This document shows positions 46,611 to 56,503 of a stretch of 64,000 bases of DNA, one piece after another. Within the stretch, counting starts at the first letter, position 1. Each line of letters opens with the position of its first letter. The stretch lies in contig JAEOTE010000007.1 in the NCBI GenBank assembly GCA_016839945.1, positions 96,001 through 160,000 on the forward strand, in the 5' to 3' direction. The notes beneath the pieces are model-generated. The model was not told the origin of the DNA. It saw only the letters and a list, made by a program, of their open reading frames with translations, and searched no databases. A program made the position numbers and the translations under genes. This DNA is from Candidatus Heimdallarchaeota archaeon (GTDB lineage Archaea; Asgardarchaeota; Heimdallarchaeia; Heimdallarchaeales; Heimdallarchaeaceae).

Positions 46611-48058
46611 CTTAAACTAAACTTTACTCCTAAGCCTTTTTGTATTACATCAGAATGAAATGAATTGAATTCATCAGGCTTTTCAGTATGTATAGGCATA
46701 ACATATTTAGGATTAATTTTCTGAATCATTTCCTTAATATCATAACCAGAAGCATGTCCTGAACAATGAACTTGTTCATAAGGATGCATTCCAAAGAACA
46801 TCAACCAGTTTATAGCTTTTTTAAGGTCTAACTCCATTTCTTCATCGACAGGTTCAGTTACAGATCGAATGAAAATGGATCCTTCTTGAGGATTAATGTC
46901 AAACAAATTTTTTAATTCAAAGAAATCACATCTATATACGAAATCCTTAGGATTTTTACTTATATCATCAGCTGTGACACTATTTGTTCTATCAATAAGC
47001 TTATTTTCCCAATACAGGTAATCTCTCATTTGTATCTCTACAGGATAATTAATATCGTTTAGAATACCCCATCTCTTTTTAGGTATAAAGATACTAATTT
47101 CATCAATAGTTGGCATATTTTTTACACCATTCTCCTCAAGAACTCCTAATGTGTAAGCTTGTTTTAGATTAACAACTAAGGATCTATCAGCATGTTTAGC
47201 TGCTTCAATAAATGAACGCATACGATCCATATCTCGAACAGGAAAATTGACTGTTATTAATCCAGGAACATTTTCCACTAATGAAAATAGTTTTTGTTGA
47301 AGATCCATTTCACCGAAAGAAGTTGGTTCTTCAATATTAGTTCCTTCACTAATGATTAGAACAGGATCAAAGGATTTAGCTTTTTCTACAAAAAAGTCAC
47401 TTTCAGTACCTCTACGTCCATGAAAACGGATATCCCCTGTATAAACAATAGCTCCTTCACTGGTTTCAATAATAAAAGAATTAGCTCCAGGTACAGAATG
47501 ATCAACAGGATAAGTATGAATAGTAAAATCATCAATTTTTGTCGTTGTTTCAAGGATATTAAATTCCCTTTTTATCCTAGAATCTTTATCTTTAACTAGT
47601 TTCGAAGAATCTCTTTTACTAGGTCTGAGTTTGAAAGCTTCTTTGATAAAAGTATATTCATGAAAACCAAAAGCAGTTTCCTCAAGTGCTTGAAGAATAG
47701 CTTTACAGCCTATAGAACAGAAAACAGGAATATCAGGTCTGATGAATGATAGAAAACCTGCATGATCTAAATGAGGATGCGAAAGAACAATTCCATCAAA
47801 TTTAGGTTCTTTTGAACTTTCTCGCAAACGTCTTTCATAGTCTGGCCGATATAAACCATCTAAATCAGGTAACAAACCTAATTTTAGAAAATCACTAATA
47901 TAATTCCATTTTCGTGGTTGAAGATAGGGTGTAAAAAAATCTCCCCATCGTCCAAAACTTAAACCAAAATCAAAGAAGATTCTGGTATCTCCATCTTCTA
48001 TTAGAATCTTATTTCCACCAATTTCTCCTACTGCACCATGAAGTGTTATTTGTGTCAT
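46607..48058 (-). CDS. Metallo-beta-lactamase / beta-CASP RNase J-like hydrolase
   Basis: GEIGGNKI, FDFG, SHPHLDH, VDHS, YTGD.RFHG, EGT, HCSGHA, PIHTE. Start set at ATG 48058 (MTQITLHG). Confidence 0.85.
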   Translation of the reverse strand: MTQITLHGAVGEIGGNKILIEDGDTRIFFDFGLSFGRWGDFFTPYLQPRKWNYISDFLKLGLLPDLDGLYRPDYERRLRESSKEPKFDGIVLSHPHLDHAGFLSFIRPDIPVFCSIGCKAILQALEETAFGFHEYTFIKEAFKLRPSKRDSSKLVKDKDSRIKREFNILETTTKIDDFTIHTYPVDHSVPGANSFIIETSEGAIVYTGDIRFHGRRGTESDFFVEKAKSFDPVLIISEGTNIEEPTSFGEMDLQQKLFSLVENVPGLITVNFPVRDMDRMRSFIEAAKHADRSLVVNLKQAYTLGVLEENGVKNMPTIDEISIFIPKKRWGILNDINYPVEIQMRDYLYWENKLIDRTNSVTADDISKNPKDFVYRCDFFELKNLFDINPQEGSIFIRSVTEPVDEEMELDLKKAINWLMFFGMHPYEQVHCSGHASGYDIKEMIQKINPKYVMPIHTEKPDEFNSFHSDVIQKGLGVKFSLS

Positions 48059-48149
48059 CAGTAATATATAAATTAAGTAAATATAAAAAATATAGCTAGA
48101 AGAAGGATTCCAAAAAGTTCTAATATAATCCATACTTAAAAGGACTAGA

Positions 48150-48398
48150 ATGAAAGGAAGAAAAAAATCTATTGAAGATTTTTGGAAAAGAAATAGAAAA
48201 CATATTGTTATGGCATTCATAATCCTTCTAGGTATTATGCTCAGTCTTTCAATTTTTGGTATTATTTTTACAATTACAAGAAGGCATGAACTCTCTGATA
48301 TTGATGTTATAGCAAATTTGGTGATTTATACAGGGAATGCAATTGTAATGAGTATTCTTCTCTTTGCAACCTTCAGATTTAGAATTCGTGGAATATAA
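48150..48398 (+). CDS. Small two-TM membrane protein
   Basis: Basic N-terminus and two hydrophobic helices. Confidence 0.6.
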   Translation: MKGRKKSIEDFWKRNRKHIVMAFIILLGIMLSLSIFGIIFTITRRHELSDIDVIANLVIYTGNAIVMSILLFATFRFRIRGI

Positions 48399-48457
48399 AA
48401 TTATCTAGATTTTTGGAAATTCTCAAAATTTTAATAGACTAAAACAAGTGTTTTCAT

Positions 48458-48745
48458 ATGAGAATGCTAAAATGTCCAAATTGTAATACTTTGCTTGATA
48501 TATATGTTGGAGCACTTCGACCTATGGAAGCAGTAGCTGCAGAAATGTTACAGAAAGGTGTAATACTTCATTGTCCTAGTTGTCATTCACGTAATTTTGA
48601 TATTTCAGAGATAGCATGTCCTCAATGCAATGAAAATAAACTTCAATCTTCTATGTTAGAACAAACTGTTACTGCACAAATTCCTCAAAAATTAGAAGGA
48701 AGAATCCACTGCACTAACTGTGAGTTTAAGATACATGTTTGGTAA
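48458..48745 (+). CDS. Small multi-CxxC zinc-ribbon protein
   Basis: CPNC, CPSC, CPQC, CTNC. Confidence 0.7.
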   Translation: MRMLKCPNCNTLLDIYVGALRPMEAVAAEMLQKGVILHCPSCHSRNFDISEIACPQCNENKLQSSMLEQTVTAQIPQKLEGRIHCTNCEFKIHVW

Positions 48746-48790
48746 AAAAAATCAATCCTGAAAAAGGATTGAAATCTGAATTTTTTACTG

Positions 48791-49774
48791 CTATCTTTTT
48801 TCAACAATGATTTCTACAACATCAGTATCATTAAGTTCATGATCTAAGCCAACTTGTTGTCCTTCAAATTCAGCGGAAGGTCCCCAAACTCGGGCATATT
48901 TGAATCTTTCAACAAAACTACTATGAATTTTCCTTGTAACATCTAATACAGTTGAACCTTCTGCTAGAACAAAAGGTTGTTCAAGATCAGCTTTTTGTCC
49001 AGGTTTCTTTGTGTAAACCCGAACCATCTCAAGTTGTTCAACAAGTGCTTTTTTAAGATTTTCCAGTGAGTCTACATGCATAATCGATATAGGGATTATT
49101 GGAAAAGGGCTAATTTCCTGAACTATCTTGAAATTCTCTTCAGTCCCAGGTAAATCTCCTTTAGTAGCGATAATCACAAACTTATATTGAGACTCACCAT
49201 CTACAAGTAATTTGGAATCTTCAAGTTGCTTGATAAGAAAATCATACTGCCTTTGAATATCCATAGATAAATCTATGACTAGCATTATAGCATCACTAGT
49301 TCTGGCTACTCGAACAATTTGTCGATTGATATTCCAATCTTCTCTCCAGTCAAGAAATCCAGGGACATCAACTATCTGTATTCTCAAATCTTCATACTCA
49401 AGTGTGCCAGCATGAGCAATGCGAGTTGTGTGGAGATATGCACCTACTTTGACATCTGTATTTGTTATAGCATTCATCAGAGTACTTTTACCAACATTAG
49501 ATAAACCAAAAAGTGCGATTCGACCATCTCCAGAGGAGGGAATGTGAAATGGATCATATATCCTGCCTTTTTGTTTAGGTTTCTCTTTAATTTCAGCAAT
49601 CATTCCTTCTAGTTCTCGAAGTTGAAGTTTGAATACACCCATCTTGTCTAATTTCTTATTGTAAATATCTTCGATAATGTCCTCTAATTCAGCAATGAGA
49701 GCTTCTCCTTCAAGATTCCTTATCCTTCTGGCTATATTGAATCTATACCACTTTATTTTGGTGTAATTACTCAT
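48791..49774 (-). CDS. OBG-family DRG-like GTPase with C-terminal TGS domain
   Basis: GLSNVGKSTL, YLHTT, IQIVDVPG, TKGD, RVYTKKPG, YARVWGPSA.F.GQ.VGLDHEL.D.DVV. Confidence 0.9.
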   Translation of the reverse strand: MSNYTKIKWYRFNIARRIRNLEGEALIAELEDIIEDIYNKKLDKMGVFKLQLRELEGMIAEIKEKPKQKGRIYDPFHIPSSGDGRIALFGLSNVGKSTLMNAITNTDVKVGAYLHTTRIAHAGTLEYEDLRIQIVDVPGFLDWREDWNINRQIVRVARTSDAIMLVIDLSMDIQRQYDFLIKQLEDSKLLVDGESQYKFVIIATKGDLPGTEENFKIVQEISPFPIIPISIMHVDSLENLKKALVEQLEMVRVYTKKPGQKADLEQPFVLAEGSTVLDVTRKIHSSFVERFKYARVWGPSAEFEGQQVGLDHELNDTDVVEIIVEKR

Positions 49775-49919
49775 TATACCACCTCATATTTTCTTTTTTT
49801 ATTACTTCAATTTTACGCAAATCAGCGATTCATTTTTTGATTACGATATATTTTCGAAAACTAGCAGCAAGTTTGTTAAAATGAATTTAATAGAAAGAAA
49901 TTAAGACTTTCTCGAAAAA

Positions 49920-50035
49920 TCATCAATAACAATGTAGACTACTCGCTACTAATCTTAGTACAAACATGATTAGAGCGCGAGATCCCCTCGCATGAAGTCA
50001 TACACAAAGTACAGGGATTGACATTGTTATCAGGA
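49920..50035 (-). ncRNA. Candidate structured RNA / cis-element (three-way junction)
   Basis: Perfect 10-bp closing stem ataacaatgt (49926-35) / acattgttat (50021-30) enclosing two inner hairpins. Family not recognised; strand inferred from G-U compatibility. Confidence 0.35.
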
Positions 50036-50160
50036 TAGGATAAATTAATACAATTAAAAAACTTTTGACATGAAATAGTGTTTGAAAAATTATTTAAAAT
50101 TTAAAAATGCTAAAATGTATTTTAAGGATTTAGATATAGAAATTGAAGAAAAAGAGAGAA

Positions 50161-50394
50161 TTATTGATCTACACAGATCATTGTCATTGTAGAACGAACT
50201 TTCTCCAACACTCTGAGGTTTTCAGTAACGATTTTCTTCAAAGAATCAGTATCTTCAGCTTCAATTTTGGCTATCAAATCGTAAACACCATAAACGATGT
50301 GAACCTCTACTACATTGGGCATGGTTTTAAGTTGTTCCATAACGCTGCTTTCCTCTCCAATCTCACAATTTATTAAAATGTAAGCTGATGCCAC
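50161..50394 (-). CDS. Lrp/AsnC ligand-binding (RAM) domain stand-alone protein
   Basis: AYILINC..G.E..V...L, VYGVYDLIAKI, VRSTMT. Confidence 0.92.
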   Translation of the reverse strand: MASAYILINCEIGEESSVMEQLKTMPNVVEVHIVYGVYDLIAKIEAEDTDSLKKIVTENLRVLEKVRSTMTMICVDQ

Positions 50395-50501
50395 TTTTAT
50401 TTCACCGGGCTGAAAATGATTAAAGGTTTATAAAAAGATTCCGCATTTTGTTTAGTTTAAAGAGATTTGTTATCATACAGAAGAAATAAGGTGTGTATAG
50501 A

Positions 50502-51218
50502 CTATTTTTCTACAAGTTCCTTTAGTTTTTTAGCTGATTTGATATTATGTTCTAAATCACTAGGATTAGGAACCATTCCATCCCAACCAGATTTTTCTAC
50601 AAACGTTTCGAAATGTTCATACAATTCTTCAGCAGTAAATTTTGCTATCTTTGTTGGAGTGTCAAAACCAGCAGAATGGTATAATTTAGCCAATTTTGAT
50701 TTTACATATCCAATTCTAGTGATATCTGAAAGTTCTACCAATTCTAAAATACCTTTTTCTGGAATATCTAATTGTTTTGCTAGCTCTTTTCTTTGTTTTA
50801 TTGTTTTTCCTACTTCAAGCATTTGTTCTACATTTTTAATACCAATACTTGCTAGTTTTCTAACATATTCCAGGTTTACTTGATAGAAATTTTTGAGAGG
50901 AAAAATCCTTCTGGATTTCTTAGTTCTTACTTCTCTAAGTTTTGCGGTATGACTCAATAGTTCTCTGTTTTCAATAAATTTGAAATAATTCATTAAAACA
51001 TATAAAGATCCTTTCGCTGAAGTTTTCAGGACTTTTTCAATTTTCTCTACATATAAATCGATATCAGTTTTGTTTATATCAACTAGTCCCTTTTCCATTT
51101 CTTCCTTCAGGAAATTTGCGAATTTATTAACAGCTGCAACATTCCTGTCAATAACTTCATCCTTTTTTCCTTTCCTCTTAAGAAATTTCCTAAACTCCGC
51201 TTCATTCAATAAAAGCAC
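50502..51218 (-). CDS. DUF4332-like HhH-domain protein with N-terminal SAM-like helical domain
   Basis: KLASIGIKNVEQML, LSDITRIGYVKSKLAKLYHSAGFDT, MVP; N-terminal F..FL.....I.....I..Y pattern. Confidence 0.7.
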   Translation of the reverse strand: MLLLNEAEFRKFLKRKGKKDEVIDRNVAAVNKFANFLKEEMEKGLVDINKTDIDLYVEKIEKVLKTSAKGSLYVLMNYFKFIENRELLSHTAKLREVRTKKSRRIFPLKNFYQVNLEYVRKLASIGIKNVEQMLEVGKTIKQRKELAKQLDIPEKGILELVELSDITRIGYVKSKLAKLYHSAGFDTPTKIAKFTAEELYEHFETFVEKSGWDGMVPNPSDLEHNIKSAKKLKELVEK

Positions 51219-51230
51219 CCTATTCTTTAT

Positions 51231-52130
51231 TTACTGCTTTTTCTTCAAAAATCTATGCCATCGAGTTATTTCATTTTCCAACCAATTACCTTCAGGTCTG
51301 CAACTGAAGGACCAATTTGTAGAGCCAATATCAAAATACTTAGGTAAATCTTCATCTTTCAATATTTTACTAATCGATATTTTTTGTTTGATTTTTGTTT
51401 TCAAAAAGCTGATTAAAGAATCATAATATAATCTGACAGATTGTATATAGTCTTTCTTAACTGGATTACCATGACCAGGGATGAACAGATCAATATCCAT
51501 ATTTTCCCAAGTTTTGTACATTTCTGGAGTATCATAGGAAGTTCGTGTTAGTTGTGGATATGTTACAAGTAGATTATCCCCAGTGCACATTATTTTTTCT
51601 CCGGGAATAAGAACAATAGCTGATTCAGCTGTATGATTACCTATAACTTTGAATATAATTTTACGTTCTTCTTCTCCAATTTCTAATTCATCTTTTACGG
51701 TGATATTGGGGATAAACAAATCTGCGTTTTCTATATCTTCTGCTATCTCAGAATCTTCTTCCCTATAGTCTTTTGCTCTTTCCTTTCTTTCCTTTGTGCT
51801 TAAATAACCCGAATAGCTTCTTTTTAGACCTGTTATTCCCCTCTTAGCAATCACAACATCCACATCTTTGAAAACTTTCATAGCTAGAATATGATCCCAA
51901 TGGATGTGTGTTAGCAATAGATAACTAGTTTTTCTTTGAAAATGCTCTTCCATTTGTTTTCGGAATTCCATAATAGCTTTACTATATACTCCGCAATCAA
52001 CAAAAATGAGCTGATCTGGTAAAGCGATACAAGTAATAGTAACTGTTTGAGGAGCGTCATTTACTATGCTTCTTTTTTTGTCTAAGAAATTAGCAATGAA
52101 GATGTTGTCAGTTATTTTCTGAACTTGCAT
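51231..52130 (-). CDS. MBL-fold metallo-hydrolase (cyclase-like)
   Basis: VDCG, THIHWDH, NHT, TGD, IPGHG. Confidence 0.88.
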   Translation of the reverse strand: MQVQKITDNIFIANFLDKKRSIVNDAPQTVTITCIALPDQLIFVDCGVYSKAIMEFRKQMEEHFQRKTSYLLLTHIHWDHILAMKVFKDVDVVIAKRGITGLKRSYSGYLSTKERKERAKDYREEDSEIAEDIENADLFIPNITVKDELEIGEEERKIIFKVIGNHTAESAIVLIPGEKIMCTGDNLLVTYPQLTRTSYDTPEMYKTWENMDIDLFIPGHGNPVKKDYIQSVRLYYDSLISFLKTKIKQKISISKILKDEDLPKYFDIGSTNWSFSCRPEGNWLENEITRWHRFLKKKQ

Positions 52131-52220
52131 AGTAGATACAAGTAATAAGAACTAATAAGCATTAGGTCTAGAAGTTCAAAACTACGAAACAAAAATAAAG
52201 GGTTAATTCGAAAAGAAGAT

Positions 52221-53399
52221 ATGGTAGAATTCTCTCTTAATCATGTTAATCAATTCATTCTTAGAAAACAGCATTTTACCAATGAAACGAAAACAGACGA
52301 TATATTAGCTATAGCTAAGGACATTGGTGGATTACATAGCACCAGTCAAACTTCACCTTACCTATCTTTGTACAGCCGGACTAATAATTTTACAAAAAAC
52401 CAATTAGATGAAGAAGCATACAAAAAGAAGAATCTGGGAAAGGTTCGATGCGTAAGAAAAACTATATTCATACTACACAAAGATGTTTTGCCATGGGTAA
52501 TTAATGCAACAAAAAAACAGCATGCTAAACGTCATATAGACTATCTAGCAAATCTTGGAGTAAAAGAGGAGAAATATCAGAAGATAGTTGATGATATGCT
52601 AAACGTTCTCAAAGGAAGAAATCTATCGGTTTCTGAAATAAAGGAAGAGCTCAATAGTCAAGAAAATATCTCTGCTATGGTGAACCTTGCGTGTGATAAA
52701 TTTCAGATTATTAGAAACAAACCCATCAAAAGTTGGAGAGATAGAAGACACACTTACTCATCTTTTGAAGAGTATTTTCCAAATATGAATCTAAAACAAT
52801 ATAGTGAAGAGGAAAGCAGAAAATTACTTGTTAAGTACTATCTAGAAAGTTTTGGTCCTGTAACAGAAAACGATATTGTTTGGTGGACTGGTTTTAATAA
52901 AACTGAAACAAGAAAAGCTTTAGCAGAATTAGAAGGAAGTATTACTGAAATCTCTATATCAAATGATGATAAAGTGTATATTATACTTCAATCCAATCTA
53001 GAGAAATTACAAAAAATGAGTGTAACAGATGAACTAACCCTAAGCATTCTACCTGATTTAGATCCTTATACTATGGGATACAAAGATAGAGACAGATACA
53101 TCGATGAAAATTATTATGATTATATTTATGATCGTTCTGGAAATGCAACGACAACAATATTAGCAGATGGTAAAGTTATAGGAGTTTGGGATTTCGTAGG
53201 AACAAAAATACCAATGATTAAGTTTCACTTTTTTGAACAACAAAAGAAAGAAACCTATGAGAAAATAAAATCACAATTAAAAAAAGTTGGATCTTTTATT
53301 TTCGATACAGAAGTTCCTCTAAAGGAGTGTAAGGAAATGGATCCATTGAAAACTAGAACTCCAGGTGAAGTACAAACTCCTCTTAAACACTGTAAATAG
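52221..53399 (+). CDS. AlkZ/YcaQ-like (HTH_42) winged-helix DNA glycosylase family protein
   Basis: GGLHST...PYLSLYSR, RCVRKTIF, YLESFGPVT..D..WWTG, LPDLDPY.MGYKDR, ILADGKVIGVW. Confidence 0.85.
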   Translation: MVEFSLNHVNQFILRKQHFTNETKTDDILAIAKDIGGLHSTSQTSPYLSLYSRTNNFTKNQLDEEAYKKKNLGKVRCVRKTIFILHKDVLPWVINATKKQHAKRHIDYLANLGVKEEKYQKIVDDMLNVLKGRNLSVSEIKEELNSQENISAMVNLACDKFQIIRNKPIKSWRDRRHTYSSFEEYFPNMNLKQYSEEESRKLLVKYYLESFGPVTENDIVWWTGFNKTETRKALAELEGSITEISISNDDKVYIILQSNLEKLQKMSVTDELTLSILPDLDPYTMGYKDRDRYIDENYYDYIYDRSGNATTTILADGKVIGVWDFVGTKIPMIKFHFFEQQKKETYEKIKSQLKKVGSFIFDTEVPLKECKEMDPLKTRTPGEVQTPLKHCK

Positions 53400-53489
53400 A
53401 TCCAGAATATTGAGAACTCTTCCAAAAAAATAAATATGTTAAACTCCCTTATAGTTATTGAAGTCTTTCAGCACAATGGTGAAGGGGTT

Positions 53490-54428
53490 ATGAAAAAAAA
53501 GACAATATATTTTGGATTTACAATAGTTGTTTTTATTTTGTTAACAAACACAGTCTCTAGAGCTGGTTCGCTACAATATGTAGGCGTAAAAGTTGGGGAC
53601 ACGTTCAAATACAAGATCACGGATGGACATATTTTAACAAAATTTAATGATACTGTTTATCTAAATGACAGTGATTTAAACATTCAGGGAAAGAAAGTGG
53701 ACATTCGAATTACAGCAATAGGTGAGATTCTATTAGAATCATTCTTTGGGTACCCAATGGAAGAAATAATAGTAAATGTAACAGAAACAATTGATGGAGA
53801 AGAATATGAAGGTTATACACTCTTAGATGAATGGTATCAGATGTTCTCAGTAATTTTCTTATCTTATATTGGAATTACTCTTTCTTTTGATCCTGAATAC
53901 TATGAATTTCATCCTCCAGATTCCAGTACAACAGATGTTGAGGAGTTCTTGATGTTACCCATTTTCGCTACAACTAATTCAAGTTTTTATCAAGAATTGG
54001 TAGATCAAGGAGGAATCTCAACTGCACCTCTTCAACCTCAAGGGGGAGCTCCATCAAAAATGGTTTTAGAAGGAATTCAAATAACATTTGACGGAGAAAG
54101 CAAATTTACGTTAAACGCAACAATGGAAGACTCGACATCAGGAACAATAAACGTAGATGTTGAGTGGAACACAAGTGCAATACTAGAATTTTATGTGTTC
54201 ATAGATACTCAGAATGGAGTGGTAAAGGAATTTTATCTTAATTTCGAAAATGATATCATAATTGGACCTAATACTACAATTAATGAGATTACATATGGGT
54301 TTAAAGAAGAAAAAACTTCAGGGAATGGAAATACTTTTACCCTAGATTACTCCTTAATGTTATCAATTTATGTTAGTGCAAGTCTCTTAGTAGTTTTTGT
54401 AATTGTAAAGAGAAAAAGAAATAAGTAA
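53490..54428 (+). CDS. Secreted/cell-surface protein with signal peptide and C-terminal TM anchor
   Basis: MKKKTIYFGFTIVVFILL signal; YVGVKVGDTFKYKI; acidic beta-rich body; TM plus KRKRNK tail. Confidence 0.75.
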   Translation: MKKKTIYFGFTIVVFILLTNTVSRAGSLQYVGVKVGDTFKYKITDGHILTKFNDTVYLNDSDLNIQGKKVDIRITAIGEILLESFFGYPMEEIIVNVTETIDGEEYEGYTLLDEWYQMFSVIFLSYIGITLSFDPEYYEFHPPDSSTTDVEEFLMLPIFATTNSSFYQELVDQGGISTAPLQPQGGAPSKMVLEGIQITFDGESKFTLNATMEDSTSGTINVDVEWNTSAILEFYVFIDTQNGVVKEFYLNFENDIIIGPNTTINEITYGFKEEKTSGNGNTFTLDYSLMLSIYVSASLLVVFVIVKRKRNK

Positions 54429-54444
54429 TTTTTCTCTTCTTTAT

Positions 54445-55197
54445 CTATTTTTTCGCAATAATCATAAAGCGTGAATCTCTAACTTCTATGAATCCTTTAA
54501 CCATGATTATCTCATGGAGTTCGAAAAGCTTTTCCTTATATTTCTCGATGGAAAAATCTGGAATTGCCCAAGGTATGATTTTACAATAATAAGCAATAGC
54601 ACCTACATCAAAAAATCGAACAATTGGAAAGGCTTCATACTTCTCTAATACAGTGAACCCAAATTCTTCTAACTCTTGAGATGCAAACTCCAAATGCCAA
54701 TCATTTTCCTCAAAATGAGCTCCTAAAAGATCTGCAAGATCCTTGTCATTCTCTCCACCAACTTGCTTATTCACAAATTCTCCATCTTTCTTTAGAATTC
54801 GAAAAACTTCCTTTGGATCATAAGATTCATGCTGATTTATTATTAACTCAAATTCTTCATCTTTGAATGGTAAATTGCTCTCATCTTCTATTTGAAAAAC
54901 TTTAACTCCTAAAGGCTCGAGTCTTTGCTTAGCTACAGGAACGTTAGGCAAATATGCTTCTGTAGCACAAGTATGCTTTGGAAAAGGTTGAAAGTTTGTT
55001 GCTAGAAATTCTCCTCCTCCGGTACCCATGTCAAGGAGAGATTTAACTCTTCTAATCCTTGGTAAAATCTTGCTAGGATAGCTCCAAGGCAAAGGGGACG
55101 ATACCATTCTATCTCTGATATGAGAAAAATCCCAGCCCGTAAATGGGTGTTCATATTCATGAATCATGAATTCCATTAATTCATCTTTTGAAAACAT
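54445..55197 (-). CDS. Class I SAM-dependent methyltransferase
   Basis: GWDFS, LLDMGTGGGE, LPF.DEEFELI, EVFRILK..G.F, FFDVGA. Confidence 0.9.
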   Translation of the reverse strand: MFSKDELMEFMIHEYEHPFTGWDFSHIRDRMVSSPLPWSYPSKILPRIRRVKSLLDMGTGGGEFLATNFQPFPKHTCATEAYLPNVPVAKQRLEPLGVKVFQIEDESNLPFKDEEFELIINQHESYDPKEVFRILKKDGEFVNKQVGGENDKDLADLLGAHFEENDWHLEFASQELEEFGFTVLEKYEAFPIVRFFDVGAIAYYCKIIPWAIPDFSIEKYKEKLFELHEIIMVKGFIEVRDSRFMIIAKK

Positions 55198-55277
55198 TAA
55201 AGCAACCTAATGATATGTAAAAATAACCATTATTTATTTTTTTCATTATCCTTTCTTTTGGGTAAATTTATTAAGAT

Positions 55278-56474
55278 ATGACTTTTACTCTATTCTGCAA
55301 GCGAGATGTAAAGATGAGTGGATTAAAGTCTTATATCATGAAAAACAAACAAATGTTTACTTTTCTTGTAGCTGTTCTACTTTGTGCAGCAATTCTCATA
55401 CCAATTATAGTCAAACAGACCTCAAAAGACAAGACAATTATTATAAGATCTAATAGAGATTTTAGGAAGTATAATTTACCAGGTTCTGGTACATCAATTG
55501 ATCCATATATCATTGAAAATAACACAATTAAGACCTCAAATGATTATGCCATTCTTATTGCAGATGTAACAGAATACTTCATTGTAAGAAACAATAATCT
55601 ACAAGCAGCAACCGCAAGTATTTCCATTTCTTTGGTTGCATCTAATAGAACTCAACTTATTAATAACACTTGTACAAATAGCAACATAGGGATTTATATC
55701 TCAAATTCTCCTGGATGCTACATTTTTGGAAATAATTGTAGTAACAATTTTATTGATGGAATTCAAGTAGAGTCTTCTGGATATGAAGATACCTCAAGTT
55801 ACTGTACTATAGCAAACAATACTTGTATAAATAATGTTGAAAATTCCATTGTTATTTGGGAAACACCATATACTTTACTAGAGAACAATACATGTATAAT
55901 GCCAAATAAAAATGTGATACAAATATATCACAAATGTGGAATAGTTCTTTTTAAATCAGGTAATGCTATTGTTCGCAATAATGTAATTATAAACACCGGA
56001 ATTCAATTCGGTAATCATCCTGTTTATCTGATAACTTCTATAATTGAAGATAACTTAATTAATGGAAAGGAATTTGGTCTTTTTTATAATACAAAGAATT
56101 TAACTATAGATTCATCTAATTATGGACAACTGTACTTCTTTAATTGTTCAGACATTGAAATCAGAGATCAGAATATTATAGACAACTATACTCCTCTAGA
56201 ATTAGAAAATTGTACAAACATACAAATAGTAAATAGCTCTTTCAATTATAATTACAAGTATGGTATTGTTCTTAGAGGATGTCACGATATTCTGATTGAA
56301 AATACAGAGAGCAGCTATAATTACATGGGTGCATATGTATGGTATTCTACAAATGTTACAATTGATTCCTGTATCTTTACTAATAATTATCTAGGGTGCT
56401 TTGTCGATCAATCTACCTATACATTGACAGATAACATCTTTAGTGACAACGAAGAAGATTTTATAGAAGTTTAA
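55278..56474 (+). CDS. Extracellular right-handed parallel beta-helix (NosD/CASH-like) protein
   Basis: N-terminal TM, PGSGTSIDPYIIEN, repeated I.NNTC.N..GI units. Confidence 0.85.
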   Translation: MTFTLFCKRDVKMSGLKSYIMKNKQMFTFLVAVLLCAAILIPIIVKQTSKDKTIIIRSNRDFRKYNLPGSGTSIDPYIIENNTIKTSNDYAILIADVTEYFIVRNNNLQAATASISISLVASNRTQLINNTCTNSNIGIYISNSPGCYIFGNNCSNNFIDGIQVESSGYEDTSSYCTIANNTCINNVENSIVIWETPYTLLENNTCIMPNKNVIQIYHKCGIVLFKSGNAIVRNNVIINTGIQFGNHPVYLITSIIEDNLINGKEFGLFYNTKNLTIDSSNYGQLYFFNCSDIEIRDQNIIDNYTPLELENCTNIQIVNSSFNYNYKYGIVLRGCHDILIENTESSYNYMGAYVWYSTNVTIDSCIFTNNYLGCFVDQSTYTLTDNIFSDNEEDFIEV

Positions 56475-56503
56475 TAACTAAATTTCTCTCTTAAAACTAG
56501 AAA

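Noticed and set aside
48059-48220. N-terminal hydrophobic extension of the RNase J-like ORF
   Set aside because: Overlaps the divergent gene and AT-rich promoter region; family similarity starts at MTQITLHG (48058).
49920-50035. 5S rRNA, tRNA or hammerhead identity for the structured element
   Set aside because: Lacks the conserved 5S (CCGAAC, GUUAAG), tRNA (TTCGA arm, cloverleaf) and hammerhead core sequences.
50502-51218. Possible integrase marking a mobile element at the start of the accessory-looking region
   Set aside because: No tyrosine-recombinase catalytic R-H-R-Y domain, att repeats or adjacent tRNA seen.
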